This document shows positions 28,270-38,162 of a stretch of 64,000 nt of DNA, piece after piece. The notes below the pieces were generated by a model. That model searched no databases. It was given only the letters and a program-made list of their open reading frames with translations, and was not told the DNA's origin. The translations under genes were made by a program, and so were the position numbers. The DNA lies in IMG/VR virus record IMGVR_UViG_3300049001_000044, positions 279,230 through 343,229 of that record, one strand, 5' to 3'. Positions within the stretch are counted from its first letter, which is position 1. Every line of letters starts with the position of its first letter.

Positions 28270-28572
28270 TTAATCACCTTGGAAGATGTAGTGAATGAGG
28301 TCAGCGATGATCTTGTGCGCTGCCTTGTTGTCATGCGGCCACGCTCGACCATCAGGGCATTTTTCGATGTCGCCAGGGACCACGCCATAGCGGACCAGGG
28401 GATCAAACACTTCATACTGCCACGAGCTGTTGCCGAACGGTCGCTTGCCGCTGAAGCCTTCTTCCTCATACCACAGGGTGGTGAGGAGACGTTGGAGGTA
28501 CTCACGGATGGTGAGCGTCTCGTTCAGATCATCACTGCGAAATTTCAACTCTGCGATGTCTCGTAGTTCCAT
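28270..28572 (-). CDS. Hypothetical protein
   Basis: Start MELRDIAE; WYEEEGFSGKRPFGNSSW. Confidence 0.7.
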   Translation of the reverse strand: MELRDIAELKFRSDDLNETLTIREYLQRLLTTLWYEEEGFSGKRPFGNSSWQYEVFDPLVRYGVVPGDIEKCPDGRAWPHDNKAAHKIIADLIHYIFQGD

Positions 28573-28724
28573 TATTTCCCCGTGAGCTTGGCAATGATCG
28601 CTAGTGGGATCATCAGAAATTGTTGAAAGAGAGTAGGTTTGCGGCGGTCGAAAGCGGTGATGAATGCGCTGCCACAACCCGCCACGAACCACAACAGTGC
28701 GAAGAAGAGAATCCAGCCTACCAT
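28572..28724 (-). CDS. Small membrane protein (50 aa, not in track)
   Basis: MVGWILFFALLWFVAG... Confidence 0.55.
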   Translation of the reverse strand: MVGWILFFALLWFVAGCGSAFITAFDRRKPTLFQQFLMIPLAIIAKLTGK

Positions 28725-28969
28725 TAGAACACCACCGCGCAGAGCTTCAAACCTTCTTCCTTAGGATCGCGTTCGTAGTATTCCAGGTCTTGACCCGTCA
28801 AACACTCACGCGACTTCGGATCGTAGTAGTTGGCATGTTCTCCAGATGGGATGAATTCAACACCACGAACGTAGTGGTAGCCATTGCCTTCATCATCTTC
28901 TTGCATGACGAGCGGAATGCTGTCGTCAAGTTCTGCGAGGTCTCGTTTAAGATCACCGATCGTGTACAT
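28724..28969 (-). CDS. Hypothetical protein
   Basis: 81 aa, coupled. Confidence 0.65.
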   Translation of the reverse strand: MYTIGDLKRDLAELDDSIPLVMQEDDEGNGYHYVRGVEFIPSGEHANYYDPKSRECLTGQDLEYYERDPKEEGLKLCAVVF

Positions 28970-29221
28970 TTAGGTTGCCTTGTTTTCGTAGGAGAAGTGG
29001 ATGAAGCAGCCCGTGCCACCGCAACCACATTGGACGATGTTGTGGTTGTTGCCTTTCAGCTCCACTTCACCGCGGTTGATCTTGCTGTTTCGAATGGCTT
29101 CGTCCAGCTTGACGATCGCCATGTCATACAGTGTGTAGAAGCGCCGACCGTTTCCACGGCTCAGCTTGTTGCCAACGAGGCGTTTGATTGAACGCTTCGA
29201 ATGCGGAATACGCTTACTCAT
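28970..29221 (-). CDS. Basic hypothetical protein
   Basis: 83 aa; CGCGGTGC. Confidence 0.6.
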   Translation of the reverse strand: MSKRIPHSKRSIKRLVGNKLSRGNGRRFYTLYDMAIVKLDEAIRNSKINRGEVELKGNNHNIVQCGCGGTGCFIHFSYENKAT

Positions 29222-29369
29222 CCTCTTCTCCTTTCCATTGACGATACTCGGCGAGAGCTTCCCAGTACCATTCCCAGTTATCTACGCCACCATTGATAAG
29301 TGAATTCAACTTCGCCGAATCATCGAGGAGCTTTTCATACTCCTCTTTTGAAATAGTAACAGTTCCCAT
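29214..29369 (-). CDS. Small protein (51 aa, not in track)
   Basis: MGTVTISKEEYEKLL...GVDNWEWY. Confidence 0.6.
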   Translation of the reverse strand: MGTVTISKEEYEKLLDDSAKLNSLINGGVDNWEWYWEALAEYRQWKGEEDE

Positions 29370-30496
29370 TATTCTGCCTCTGCCGTGCTGTCCATTAACG
29401 CCAGTTGGCGCAATGTGTACTCTTGACGGAGGATGTTCCGCTCGAAGTACTCCTTGTAGGATGGCTGCTTTCCAGTGAAGGCTGCCATGATCAGGCCACG
29501 ATGAGTGTGGTCCTTGTACTTGATCGCAAAGTCCTTCCGCTCCATCTCACCATCCACACGCAGTGCATCTTGAACGGTGTTGTGCAGATTGATGAGCTGA
29601 CTTACTACGCGGTTCTCGATCTTCAAAATGTCTTCGATGTTTACACCATCGCCGACGAGCATGGACTTGACATCATCCAAGCCTTCGTCCAGCACAAGCT
29701 GAGCGATGTCACGCTCACGGAGGAAGGTCATTGCGCGGTGACGCTTCAAATACCAGTCGGTCTTGACCTTCACCATTTCGCCGTTGTCGTACTGCGCAAT
29801 CCAACCTTCGATGTTTTCGCTGGTCTTCGCTGCATCGAGCAGCATTTGGAGGGTGGCGAATTCAACATTGAACTCTTCCACTACCTTTACCTTGAAGATC
29901 ACGGCAGCTGCTCGCACTTCTTCCACTGGCCAGTACACACCAGTCCGGTTGTTGCGGATATGTAGCACCTGCAACTCTGCCTTCTTGTAAGGCAGAACGA
30001 TGCGAGCGTCCGGAGCGGTGTATTCGAAGATCACGGTATGACCAGCCATCGCCATCTTTTCGGCGAAGATGAAGAAGGAGAAGTTCTCTGGCTCATTGAT
30101 CCATGCAGTGGCTTGTCTTGCAACGTCCGAGTCAAACGACTTCTTCGACTTCAGAGCGAAAGTATAGCCACCTTCATTCTCCACCTTCACAGTGTGGATC
30201 ATCGAACCGTCACGCTTGTCCATCAAGCGAGTGATCTTGGACGGCAGATTTTCTGGACGAGTCTCTTCACGTTCGTTCACATTGAAGAACTTGTGCAGGG
30301 GGCGACCGACCACTTCGCCAGTCCGCTTGTCAAACACGATACCACGGCACTCACGTGACCACGCATCGTCAAAGGTTCCTTCAGCCGACACCATGTAGCA
30401 GAACGAGATTAGGTTGGGTGCAATCTCTGCTTCCCGAATCTCTTGCTTGCGCGCAACCTTGGAACGAAATTCATCGAGTGAGTTGATAGTTAGCAT
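29369..30496 (-). CDS. RNA ligase 1 (T4 RnlA-like)
   Basis: KFFNVNE, MDKRDGSMI, FEY, IEGWI, KVKTDWY; early-type promoter 30520-30551. Confidence 0.88.
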   Translation of the reverse strand: MLTINSLDEFRSKVARKQEIREAEIAPNLISFCYMVSAEGTFDDAWSRECRGIVFDKRTGEVVGRPLHKFFNVNEREETRPENLPSKITRLMDKRDGSMIHTVKVENEGGYTFALKSKKSFDSDVARQATAWINEPENFSFFIFAEKMAMAGHTVIFEYTAPDARIVLPYKKAELQVLHIRNNRTGVYWPVEEVRAAAVIFKVKVVEEFNVEFATLQMLLDAAKTSENIEGWIAQYDNGEMVKVKTDWYLKRHRAMTFLRERDIAQLVLDEGLDDVKSMLVGDGVNIEDILKIENRVVSQLINLHNTVQDALRVDGEMERKDFAIKYKDHTHRGLIMAAFTGKQPSYKEYFERNILRQEYTLRQLALMDSTAEAE

Positions 30497-30596
30497 GTGT
30501 AGCTCCTTGTGAGAGTTGTATTGTATGCTTTGCGACGTCAGATGAAATCTTTATTCAGCGGAATAAATATGACTTTCAACCAAAGGAGAAAGTCCC

Positions 30597-30785
30597 ATGA
30601 ACTACGAGGAACTGAAAGAGAGCATGCCTTCTGCATCTCACGTCTACTACGGTGTTGCACAGGATGTGATCGAATCTCTCACCGTCTCGGCATGGTGGGG
30701 ACAAGACAGGGGTACCTACTATATGGGTACTGAAGAGCCAGTCGAGGAACTGGCCGCGCTGGAAGTTCTGCCAGCAAATTCCTAA
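30597..30785 (+). CDS. Small hypothetical protein
   Basis: AAGGAG RBS, 62 aa. Confidence 0.6.
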   Translation: MNYEELKESMPSASHVYYGVAQDVIESLTVSAWWGQDRGTYYMGTEEPVEELAALEVLPANS

Positions 30786-30850
30786 AATCAGGGTCAACCT
30801 GATAAATAATGCCTGACCAAGATGGTCAGGCTCTAAGTGAGGTACGCATT

Positions 30851-31321
30851 ATGCTATTCGACGGTATTGAACTGATCGACTCATCAACAGCTGTAAATTT
30901 AACAATAGATAACGGCCCGAACTTCCCATCGGGAACTAAAGGCGAACTCTTCTTCAAGGACGGAGTTGGTCTGTTCGTCTTTGATGGCGCTACGTGGGTC
31001 CGCGTTCAAGGACAAACAGCCGCTAACTGTGTGACTGGCAATTTTCCAGGTGATGTGAAGCAAGTGGCAGGCACCGCTCGCTTTTATCCACGCGATGTTA
31101 TCGCGGTGACATCTATCTCTGCTTGGCTGTCTAGCAACGCAACTACTGATGTTGTTGCCACTGTTAGAAAGAATGGGAATGTGGTGACTAACATCACCAT
31201 CAAGGCGGGCGATTCGATGACGAAAATTGCTGCCAACTTTAGCGTGCTAACAACCGACTATCTGACGATGGACGTCGTAAGTGGTGTTGGCAAGGATCTA
31301 ACTATTCGACTGGACTACTAA
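30851..31321 (+). CDS. Putative tail-associated structural protein
   Basis: GATAAATA at 30801-30808, RBS GAGGT, start 30851; GELFF...FDGATW motif. Confidence 0.65.
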   Translation: MLFDGIELIDSSTAVNLTIDNGPNFPSGTKGELFFKDGVGLFVFDGATWVRVQGQTAANCVTGNFPGDVKQVAGTARFYPRDVIAVTSISAWLSSNATTDVVATVRKNGNVVTNITIKAGDSMTKIAANFSVLTTDYLTMDVVSGVGKDLTIRLDY

Positions 31322-31322
31322 C

Positions 31323-32150
31323 ATGCAAGCAAAATATGTTGCTCTGGGTTCTTACACTCAGGCGAACCTAATCTCTGACCTTGCTGCCATTCTTTGTGGC
31401 GCGCAAGTTGCAGACCTCTCAGCAACTTGCGACAAGGCAAACACCACGATCGTAAGCACTGTTGCCCCTGGCTGGACTCTGGTAGATGCCAACGCATCTA
31501 ACTTAGGTAAAGTCATCTCTGCCCCAGATATGAATGGCAATCCGAAGTATGTGTACATCTACGCATCAGGCACTTCGCAGATTGCTATCAGAGTGTATGA
31601 GACTTGGAACAGTACCACCCACACTGGTACTAACCCAAGTGGCGCATACGTCTTGAGCAATGGTACGAGCTTCATGGTCTTTGGTACCCCGCAAACAGCA
31701 TACATCTCCGGTGGTGCTGACGGTTTTGGTGTGCTCGAAGTGTCTCGTGATGTCGCATACCTGCAAAACAACACTACCTACCCCGCTACCGTTGCTGGCG
31801 GAGCATACGGTTTTAGTAGCCCGACGGCCATGTCAATGCCTAGGGGCAAGAATATGACAGCTGCCGGTGACACCCTACCGTACCCTGTTCAATCCGCAAC
31901 GATCACGGCAAGATCCAGCAGTTCGATTTTGGCTGGAACCACTGCACGGCAAGACGCCAACGGTGTTCAGTACATTGAAGTACGTCCTATTTGGATCGCT
32001 CTATCCGACAACACGATCATCGGCCGCCTCTACGATATCGCAGAGATCACTCGTGGTGGCTACACTGTGTTCGACACGTTCAGCGACGGTGTTGACACGT
32101 GGATGGTTCTCCCAGGCTATAGTGGTTTGATGGCTCTCAAGGTAAAGTAA
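31323..32150 (+). CDS. Tail/virion paralog 1 of 3
   Basis: Shared motifs DLS..CDK, PGWT, YETWN..THTGTN, DT.SDG, ALKV. Confidence 0.75.
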   Translation: MQAKYVALGSYTQANLISDLAAILCGAQVADLSATCDKANTTIVSTVAPGWTLVDANASNLGKVISAPDMNGNPKYVYIYASGTSQIAIRVYETWNSTTHTGTNPSGAYVLSNGTSFMVFGTPQTAYISGGADGFGVLEVSRDVAYLQNNTTYPATVAGGAYGFSSPTAMSMPRGKNMTAAGDTLPYPVQSATITARSSSSILAGTTARQDANGVQYIEVRPIWIALSDNTIIGRLYDIAEITRGGYTVFDTFSDGVDTWMVLPGYSGLMALKVK

Positions 32151-32164
32151 GGAAAGGAATTCTC

Positions 32165-33061
32165 ATGTTCGCAAAATACGTAACCACTTCTTCGCCTACT
32201 CAGGCAAATGTGATCGCTGATATCGCCGCTCTTTTGGCGGGCGCAGCAATTACTGACTTGTCCTCTTCTTGCGACAAGTCTAACTCAACCCTCTTGAGCA
32301 CTGTTGCCCCAGGTTGGACCATTACTGACAACAATGCTGGCAGCTCAGGATACATCCTTTCAGCGCCAGACCTGGCTGGCAACACCAAGTACGTCAAGCT
32401 ATTTGCTTCTAATGCAACGTACTTGGATATTCAGGCGTATGAAACCTGGAATTCCACCTCGCACACTGGTACTAATCCAACCACCGCACTTGGTGCAGTG
32501 TCGACCTCTCCAGGCGTGACAGTAAATGTTGTCAATTACTTTTTCATTTTTGCAACCGCGAGATCATTCATTGTTATGGGTGGCGGCTCTAATCCAGCAG
32601 GCGGTGGCGGTATTGGTGCATTTGAATTCACGAGAGAAGCAGCTTATCTCCAAGGAACCACCTACCCAGCAGTATGCGTCGGTATGTTGGCAGGTCTTAC
32701 CAATAGTAACAAAAACATGAACATTTCACGTACTAAGAATCTCACTGCCGCAGGAGATACTGTACCAACGACTGCTCTCTCCGCAACAATTGCCGCTCGC
32801 AATGTCGCCGCTGGGGGCATTACCTCGCCAACCTCCTACCTCATAGATGCGAATGGCACATACTACAATGAAATTCGCCCTATTTGGCTAGCTACTTCTG
32901 GCGCGGGGGCGGCAATCTATGGCAAGTGCATTGATGTGTTCGAGACGACTAACTTAAGCGCGGTCGGTAACCCTCTTGACACTCTGTCAGATGGCACCGG
33001 TACTTACATGATCTTGGTGCAGACCACTGGTGTTGGGACTTTGATCGCTAAGGTAGCATAA
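32165..33061 (+). CDS. Tail/virion paralog 2 of 3
   Basis: Same motif series as paralog 1. Confidence 0.75.
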   Translation: MFAKYVTTSSPTQANVIADIAALLAGAAITDLSSSCDKSNSTLLSTVAPGWTITDNNAGSSGYILSAPDLAGNTKYVKLFASNATYLDIQAYETWNSTSHTGTNPTTALGAVSTSPGVTVNVVNYFFIFATARSFIVMGGGSNPAGGGGIGAFEFTREAAYLQGTTYPAVCVGMLAGLTNSNKNMNISRTKNLTAAGDTVPTTALSATIAARNVAAGGITSPTSYLIDANGTYYNEIRPIWLATSGAGAAIYGKCIDVFETTNLSAVGNPLDTLSDGTGTYMILVQTTGVGTLIAKVA

Positions 33062-33071
33062 GGAGAAACAC

Positions 33072-33986
33072 ATGCTGGTAAAATACGTAACTAATGCGTC
33101 TGTGACGACCATAAACATTATTAACGATGTGGCTTTGCTCTGCACCGGCGGAAGCATTTCTGACTTGTCTACAGGCTGCGATAAAGTGTACACGACAATC
33201 TTGGCTAAGATTGTTAACCCTGGTTGGACTCTAGTTGACAACGCCGCTCCAAATACCGGCGTTGTCATTTCATCACCAGACGTGGATGGCAACATCAAGT
33301 ATGTGAGGCTATCTCTGGTGGGCGCAAGTAATAATGTAAGCTTTGACTTGTTCGAATCATGGAACGCTACGACTCACACTGGTACTAATCAATCTTCCTA
33401 CCCTGCAGCTGTAACAGCCACCGGCGGGTCGAAGCAAACTTTTTATCTTTACGTCACCCCAAGAACAATCTACTTTGCTAAACCTGCAACTATCTCTAAT
33501 GGTATCGTGACTCACAATGGTGGTGGAACATTTGAGGTCTCTAGGGATGCCCTCTATCTAAAGGGTACAAACTACCCCGCGTTTTGCACGGGAGCCGACC
33601 AGGGGCTAATACCATATGGAAGCGGCAACAGTTATTCAATGGTGTTCCCAAGAATTAAAAATCAGTCTGGTGTTGGTGATGTTACGGGCACAAGCGCGCT
33701 TGGCATGACTGGTACAATATGCGCCAAATACTACGGTGCCGGGGGCACGGTTGGCTCGCCAGGAAGGCCGAATAGAACCGCTACTGATGCCACATACTAT
33801 GACTTCCGTGACATGTGGGTACTTTGTAGCCTTTCAGGAAGCAATGGAACTATCCTAGGCAAGATGTATGATGTCAAAGAAATTGCGTATGGCGCTGCAA
33901 ATACGGGTGACACTTTCAGTGATGGTACAGATACTTACATGGCATTCTTGACTAACTATGGCTGCTTTGCATTGAAGGTGGCATAA
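33072..33986 (+). CDS. Tail/virion paralog 3 of 3
   Basis: Same motif series, more diverged. Confidence 0.75.
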   Translation: MLVKYVTNASVTTINIINDVALLCTGGSISDLSTGCDKVYTTILAKIVNPGWTLVDNAAPNTGVVISSPDVDGNIKYVRLSLVGASNNVSFDLFESWNATTHTGTNQSSYPAAVTATGGSKQTFYLYVTPRTIYFAKPATISNGIVTHNGGGTFEVSRDALYLKGTNYPAFCTGADQGLIPYGSGNSYSMVFPRIKNQSGVGDVTGTSALGMTGTICAKYYGAGGTVGSPGRPNRTATDATYYDFRDMWVLCSLSGSNGTILGKMYDVKEIAYGAANTGDTFSDGTDTYMAFLTNYGCFALKVA

Positions 33987-34327
33987 TGGCAGCACTTGCA
34001 ATTAAAGGCATTGTGGTGTTCACAAGCTCACCCCTTTCATCATTCAACGTCGCGACAAGAAAATTTGGTATTGGGCGTAACGTAGCAACAGGGACGCCAG
34101 CATTAAGCTACTCCTTGGCGAAAGTAGCTGCTGGTGGTAGAAGCGTGGGTTTTGATCACGGCTTGGCTCTTAAAATGGTCTCGTCCGCTCAAGCCATCTC
34201 GTCTAACATGTACTATCCCGGCGTGCGCAGCTTTGGACAGGCGGTTGGCTCTAGTGGCAAGGTAGTGATGAACTCTACAACAGCAGGTTCAAGTGGTGGT
34301 TCTTCTCTATCGTTCTACTGGAAGTAA
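33986..34327 (+). CDS. Small Gly/Ser-rich protein closing the cassette
   Basis: Coupled TAATG; ends SFYWK. Confidence 0.65.
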   Translation: MAALAIKGIVVFTSSPLSSFNVATRKFGIGRNVATGTPALSYSLAKVAAGGRSVGFDHGLALKMVSSAQAISSNMYYPGVRSFGQAVGSSGKVVMNSTTAGSSGGSSLSFYWK

Positions 34328-34370
34328 AATAGGCGTTCGTAATTAGGGCTTAGCTCATAGCTCACAAAAC

Positions 34371-34400
34371 AAAGGGGACCTTAAGGTCCCCTTTTCTTTT
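34371..34400. terminator. Bidirectional terminator
   Basis: AAAGGGGACC-TTAA-GGTCCCCTTTT between convergent genes. Confidence 0.85.
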
Positions 34401-34417
34401 ACTTCTACTGACTAAGA

Positions 34418-34834
34418 TTAGTCAAGGAAGATCACGCGTGCAGTGCCTGCCTGAGCAGCTGAGAACTGCAGTTCAACCGTATTTTCATCAATGATTCTGA
34501 TGAGGTCGGGGAGGATGACAGCTTTGTTCTCATCGAAGGCCTGGATGATCACATTCTCAGAATCGAGATTGTGTTCAATGGTCCAGACAGTTTCAGGAGA
34601 AGCAACCGCGAGTACGAACTTACGCACACTAGACAGGCCGCCAGCACCACCTAGGTTGGTACCAGTCAGCACACCATTCACCATAGCCAGAACTTGGCCT
34701 TCTGTCATGGTGACGCCATCGAACTGTCGAGCACCAGGACCACGACGAACAATGATCGACTCTTGAGGAACGTCTACATCCAGGTAACCACGCTTAGGAA
34801 GTTCCCGTTGGATGAAGTCTTCAAACGCGCTCAT
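34418..34834 (-). CDS. Virion/tail protein
   Basis: WTIEHNL...VIIQAFD motif. Confidence 0.7.
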   Translation of the reverse strand: MSAFEDFIQRELPKRGYLDVDVPQESIIVRRGPGARQFDGVTMTEGQVLAMVNGVLTGTNLGGAGGLSSVRKFVLAVASPETVWTIEHNLDSENVIIQAFDENKAVILPDLIRIIDENTVELQFSAAQAGTARVIFLD

Positions 34835-36495
34835 TATGCGGCCTCCGTAATATCAACCATCAAAGTACCAGTCGTGTTGGACTGTGCGTATGCAGAGTCA
34901 GTGAGGAAGAGATACCCACCGTTAGGGTCATACTGACCTTGCGCGTTCACAATGGTGAAGCCCTGGAAGTGGTCAACAGTATCCTTGAACAGAGTCAGGT
35001 TGTTCGCAGTACCAGAGTACTTTGCGGTTACCTTGTCGATGTTGCCGATAAGAGTGCCGATTGCGTGGTATTGCTCGAACGCTGCGAAGGTGATAGTGCG
35101 AGTTGCGAAACCACCAACAGTGTAACTTGCTCCAGCCGTGATCGTATTACCAATGACGCTTGCTTGGTTGGTCATCACCAAGTTGCTGAAGGTCTGTGCG
35201 CCTTTTGCATCGCCATCGACAATGCGCAGGGTACGCTGCCAGTTGTTACCAGACTGGGTCCATGCACCCTGCCAAGTACCCGAAGATGCGGTGAGCGAAG
35301 GAGCCGAAGACAGGGTTTCAGTAGGCGTGATGACGACGACGTAGTCAACACCAGTTGGCGAAGACAGCAGACGTGTTGGGTTACCAGTGATCGAGATCGA
35401 AGCGGTAGGAGCTGCGTCTGCGATAACGACCGCGCTAGATGCAGTGGAGACTGCGCCATTGCTGGTCTTGGTAGCCGTGATGGTGTAGTTATTCGAACCC
35501 GTTACGTAGGTACCAGACACGCGGGTAACGGTCTTCGACGCTGCGTAAGTAGATGGGTTCGCAACCGACAGGTTAGCAGAAGTCGTGTATGCCACAGTAT
35601 CTGCGTTGGTGATGGTAGCAGTGACGGTAGCTGATTCAGTACCCTTCAGAGCTGTTTGGCCAGCAGGATAAGTGATCGTACGTGCGCCAATCGTTGGGTA
35701 GGTTTGGTTCAGCGTGACGGTGTTGGTAGAGACGAACGTGTTACCAAAGGTACCAAGTGCATTCCTTCCGTGTGCCGAAACAGTCTGTGCGCCAGCACCC
35801 GAACCAACAGTGAAGGTACCACTGAAGGACTTGTAACCAGTGCCAAAGGAGTCGTCGCCGCCAAGGGTGAGCGAAGACAGACTACCAGCTGCGCCGCCAG
35901 CAATAATTTCTACATAGGTCGCAGCATTTTCAATACGACCGGAAATTTGTACCACGTCGCCCGACTTAACTTCAGTCTGAGAACCTGGTAGAGCGCCAAT
36001 CAGCAGGGTGTCCATCTGTGGGCCTGCTGCTGCGCGATGAACGACGCAAGTCGCAACACCGCCAGTCGAAGAGGTTGCGGTGACAGTGACGTCAGCAGTT
36101 ACGTTAGTGAGGTCAACGTAGCCAGTGAAGAAGCGTTTGTCACTTGCATCCTCAACCAGCGCCACGGTTGCTGGCATGCCTGGCAGGGGTGGGTTGGTAT
36201 CAACAGTGATCGTTGGGGAATAGAATTGCCCACCACCCTCAGCGATTAGAGTAACACGAACGTTGTTCGTGTCAGTCGTACCATCAGTGATGACCTTGTT
36301 TGAAGGAACGGTGTTAGGAACATACTGCTTTGCACCTACGTTACCAGTGGAAGTAGGTGCGATGTTCGTGAAGAAGACGCCACCGCCTGCACCCTGCGTA
36401 AGAGCAGAGACAAGGCGGTCAACGTACTGCTTCGTTACGGCGTCCATGTTCTGCGTTGGATCGTCCGAGAGTGATGCGTGTTGATAAATTTTCAT
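34834..36495 (-). CDS. Thr/Gly-rich beta-structured tail fibre or virion surface protein
   Basis: DAVTKQYVD repeat motif; Ig-like composition; CATAAATA at 36526-36533. Confidence 0.7.
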   Translation of the reverse strand: MKIYQHASLSDDPTQNMDAVTKQYVDRLVSALTQGAGGGVFFTNIAPTSTGNVGAKQYVPNTVPSNKVITDGTTDTNNVRVTLIAEGGGQFYSPTITVDTNPPLPGMPATVALVEDASDKRFFTGYVDLTNVTADVTVTATSSTGGVATCVVHRAAAGPQMDTLLIGALPGSQTEVKSGDVVQISGRIENAATYVEIIAGGAAGSLSSLTLGGDDSFGTGYKSFSGTFTVGSGAGAQTVSAHGRNALGTFGNTFVSTNTVTLNQTYPTIGARTITYPAGQTALKGTESATVTATITNADTVAYTTSANLSVANPSTYAASKTVTRVSGTYVTGSNNYTITATKTSNGAVSTASSAVVIADAAPTASISITGNPTRLLSSPTGVDYVVVITPTETLSSAPSLTASSGTWQGAWTQSGNNWQRTLRIVDGDAKGAQTFSNLVMTNQASVIGNTITAGASYTVGGFATRTITFAAFEQYHAIGTLIGNIDKVTAKYSGTANNLTLFKDTVDHFQGFTIVNAQGQYDPNGGYLFLTDSAYAQSNTTGTLMVDITEAA

Positions 36496-36534
36496 GGGAG
36501 CCCTTGAAAAGAAGAAAGTTCGGAGTATTTATGG

Positions 36535-38025
36535 TCAGAATACCTTAACCTGGTATTTGCTTGCAAATCGCTCACCATCTTCTACGGTGTTTACAAGAGG
36601 TTCGCCTTTGATGTTCAGCGAAGTGTTCAGCAGAACAGGGCAGCCGGTCTTCTCATACCACGCCTCTAGCACAGCATTGAAGAAGGGCGACTCATCGTGC
36701 GTAACGGTCTGTAAACGACCAGTACCATCAGCATGGGAGACTGCTGGTAGAGTTGTAGGAACCTTTACGACGCAGACCGCCTGCATGTATGGCACCTTGT
36801 CCAACTTTCCAGGCATGATGAAGTGATCGTGCTTGTATCTGTCCAATACAGCAGGAGCAAATGGTCGGAACTTCTGTCGCTTCTTGATTTCATTGACGCG
36901 ATCCTTCATCAAGTTACTGCGAGGGTCACCAAGTAGAGAGCGATTGCCAAGAGCTCTTGGCCCAAACTCAGCTCTACCAGTCATCACACCACAAACGCCC
37001 GTCGTAAGCAGCTCTTTCACCACGTCTGATGGGTCGATGTCAGAGTCGATGTTCGTACCAAGCATCGCGTTCTTCCAATTCAGTTGAGTGCGCAGATTAT
37101 TCGCGATCGCGCCTAAGGAGTTACCAGCATCGCCAGGATTAGGCATGATCCAGAAGTTGTCGAACTTATCGCCCAGTTTGGTTACTACTTCAGCGTTCGC
37201 AAGACAGTTCAAAGCAACGCCACCTGAGTAAACGATGTTCCTGCAGTTTGTCATGTCCAATGCCATCTCAATAACGCGCGAAATCTTGTGTGTTATGAGA
37301 GTCTGCGCCGCGAGAGCCAAGTCATATCTGCCTTGTTCGCCTTTCGCTTGACAAGCAAACTGGCTGCCTCTCATACCTCGATGGAGATTGGTTGTTTGGT
37401 GAAGATGACCATCGAAGAATTCCTCCTGCATTTCTGCTGCGATGAGGTCTGCACTTGAAGGATTGCCGTATGCGGCCATACCCATCAAGATGTACTCTTC
37501 TTCATTGGGCTTCAGACCTACCAAGTCGGTTACGGCACTGTAGAACAGACCGAGTGAGTGAGGATACTTCAGTGACCACACCCGCTTTAAGTTCGAACCT
37601 TTCCCATGCCAAATGGATGCAGTGGTTAGCTCGCCGATTGCGTCGATGACAACGCACACTGCCTCATCAAAACCTGAAGTGTAGAATCCACCGGCTGCAT
37701 GGGACTGGTGGTGATCGGAGTATTCGATCGGCGCAACAATTCCAAACTGCTTCATGTACTCTTTCGGAAAAGCCTGCATGACCTTGTCGAACTGCCCAGC
37801 CTTTATGAATCTCGCTTTTCTTCCCCATGGGTTCTCAAACCAAACGACCTTGCCTGGGGAACCAAACTGCAAAGCGTCTTGAATCAATTCGTTGTTGAGG
37901 TGTTCGTCGTTCTTAATCCTACTGTACCTTTCGGCATGGCCAGCAAAGAGGATGTCTTTCGTGACCGAATCTACGACCGAAATCGAAGCATCATGGTTAT
38001 CGGCGTTGACGCCCCAGATAATCAT
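36535..38025 (-). CDS. Carbamoyltransferase (NodU/CmcH/TobZ family)
   Basis: HDAS, ERYSRIK, HHQSHA, GGVALNC, EFGPRALGNRS, RPFAP, LNTSLN. Confidence 0.93.
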   Translation of the reverse strand: MIIWGVNADNHDASISVVDSVTKDILFAGHAERYSRIKNDEHLNNELIQDALQFGSPGKVVWFENPWGRKARFIKAGQFDKVMQAFPKEYMKQFGIVAPIEYSDHHQSHAAGGFYTSGFDEAVCVVIDAIGELTTASIWHGKGSNLKRVWSLKYPHSLGLFYSAVTDLVGLKPNEEEYILMGMAAYGNPSSADLIAAEMQEEFFDGHLHQTTNLHRGMRGSQFACQAKGEQGRYDLALAAQTLITHKISRVIEMALDMTNCRNIVYSGGVALNCLANAEVVTKLGDKFDNFWIMPNPGDAGNSLGAIANNLRTQLNWKNAMLGTNIDSDIDPSDVVKELLTTGVCGVMTGRAEFGPRALGNRSLLGDPRSNLMKDRVNEIKKRQKFRPFAPAVLDRYKHDHFIMPGKLDKVPYMQAVCVVKVPTTLPAVSHADGTGRLQTVTHDESPFFNAVLEAWYEKTGCPVLLNTSLNIKGEPLVNTVEDGERFASKYQVKVF

Positions 38026-38098
38026 TGTCTGATCTCCATTATATAAAGTGCGATGAAGTACTTATTCAAATTGATTTGTAACAAGTTTTACACTTAAC

Positions 38099-38130
38099 CT
38101 GTTTACAATCAGCGCGAACTTTAGTACAAT
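38099..38130 (+). promoter_or_regulatory. Strong early-type promoter CTGTTTAC-N18-TACAAT
   Basis: GTTTACA/-10 arrangement like T4 early promoters. Confidence 0.7.
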
Positions 38131-38162
38131 AAATCCATACTAACTCTCAGCGAGGTTTAAAA

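Noticed and set aside
31323-33986. Diversity-generating retroelement (template/variable repeat) explanation for the paralogs
   Set aside because: No reverse transcriptase in the window, no near-identical repeat pair with adenine-specific mismatches; divergence spans whole genes.
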